This document shows positions 63,407 through 64,000 of a stretch of 64,000 bases of DNA, in pieces. The notes below the pieces were generated by a model. That model made no database searches. It was not told the DNA's origin and was given only the letters and a program-made list of their open reading frames with translations. This DNA comes from Paramoeba atlantica. Taxonomy: Eukaryota > Protista > Discosea. The position numbers were made by a program, and so were the translations under genes. The stretch is taken from positions 124,001 to 188,000 of the forward strand of contig CDRNVI010000041.1 in assembly GCA_977017575.1 (NCBI GenBank), written 5' to 3'. How positions within the stretch are numbered: position 1 is the first letter of the stretch; each line of letters opens with the position of its first letter.

Positions 63407-64000
63407 CATTTGCGTAAACGGTTTATCTATCACTGCATACTAATCTGTACTTGCACAAGCCGCATAAAATGTGAGATGCAGGAATGGTCAGTAAAGCTCT
63501 AACATGATCTTTTTTGACTCAATCCTCGCTATAATGGAGACGTCGTGACCGCACGCATTTAATTGGTGCTTACACACTTACATTGTATGATCAGACATAA
63601 CGAAATCATAAATAGTCAGCGCAAGATAATATAATTGTCTTCCTAGGTAATATCATCTTTCAAGATAATATTATCTAGTACATGCAGTATTTTCATCATG
63701 TAGTTCTACATGTATCTTCCTCACGCTTCAATGCTATTAATTATCAACAAAGCGACGCCGGGCTTGGAACCGGTATCTAGCGTGTTTACGTAGGTGGTAA
63801 TAATGCATGTTTTACACACTGTATGTACTACTCTACATAAGACGATTGACTACCTAAGAAGGCTACATAAGAAAGATTGAACATTGACTCTTAAGCATTA
63901 TCAATTCATTGTATTCTCTACTTTTTTGGAGCATGAGCTTATTGGACCAATTTCAAGTTCCTGTCAAAAAAACAGAGTCGAACAGCATGCACTTAACATT

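Noticed and set aside
63745-63800. tRNA-like T-arm (minus strand CCGG-TTCCAAGC-CCGG)
   Set aside because: 8-nt loop, no complementary acceptor stem and no D or anticodon arms upstream

Overview
This is a 64-kb piece of an intron-less kinetoplastid nuclear chromosome. The EF-1alpha sequence is trypanosomatid/bodonid-like, all host genes lie on the + strand as one directional cluster, and there is a PWWP-TFIIS. A prokinetoplastid (Perkinsela/Ichthyobodo-like) or bodonid source is my inference, not proven. Gene-dense flanks (COQ2, condensin BRN1, HMG-like protein, DExH helicase; TFIIS, RluA-type PUS, PIS, M3A peptidase, Erv46-like, Qc-SNARE, several short LRR genes) enclose a ~32-kb core (11.5-43.5 kb). 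In that core a three-copy [EF-1alpha + LRR] tandem array has been invaded by nested mobile elements: CRE-like, HERO/NeSL-like and APE-type non-LTR elements, a tyrosine-recombinase retroelement, and hAT-like, Merlin, Tc1, pogo-like and MITE DNA transposons. Top leads: (1) an intact 1826-aa RLE retrotransposon whose 5' end is a spliced-leader-like sequence and whose N-terminus carries five Mer3/HFM1-type Cys/His motifs; (2) a covarying three-way-junction RNA shared by a CRE-like 3' UTR and two non-coding partner families; (3) a TIR/TSD-complete hAT-like transposon, plus Tc1-type excision footprints, in a lineage whose trypanosomatid members are known for lacking DNA transposons. All boundaries and alignments were read by eye.
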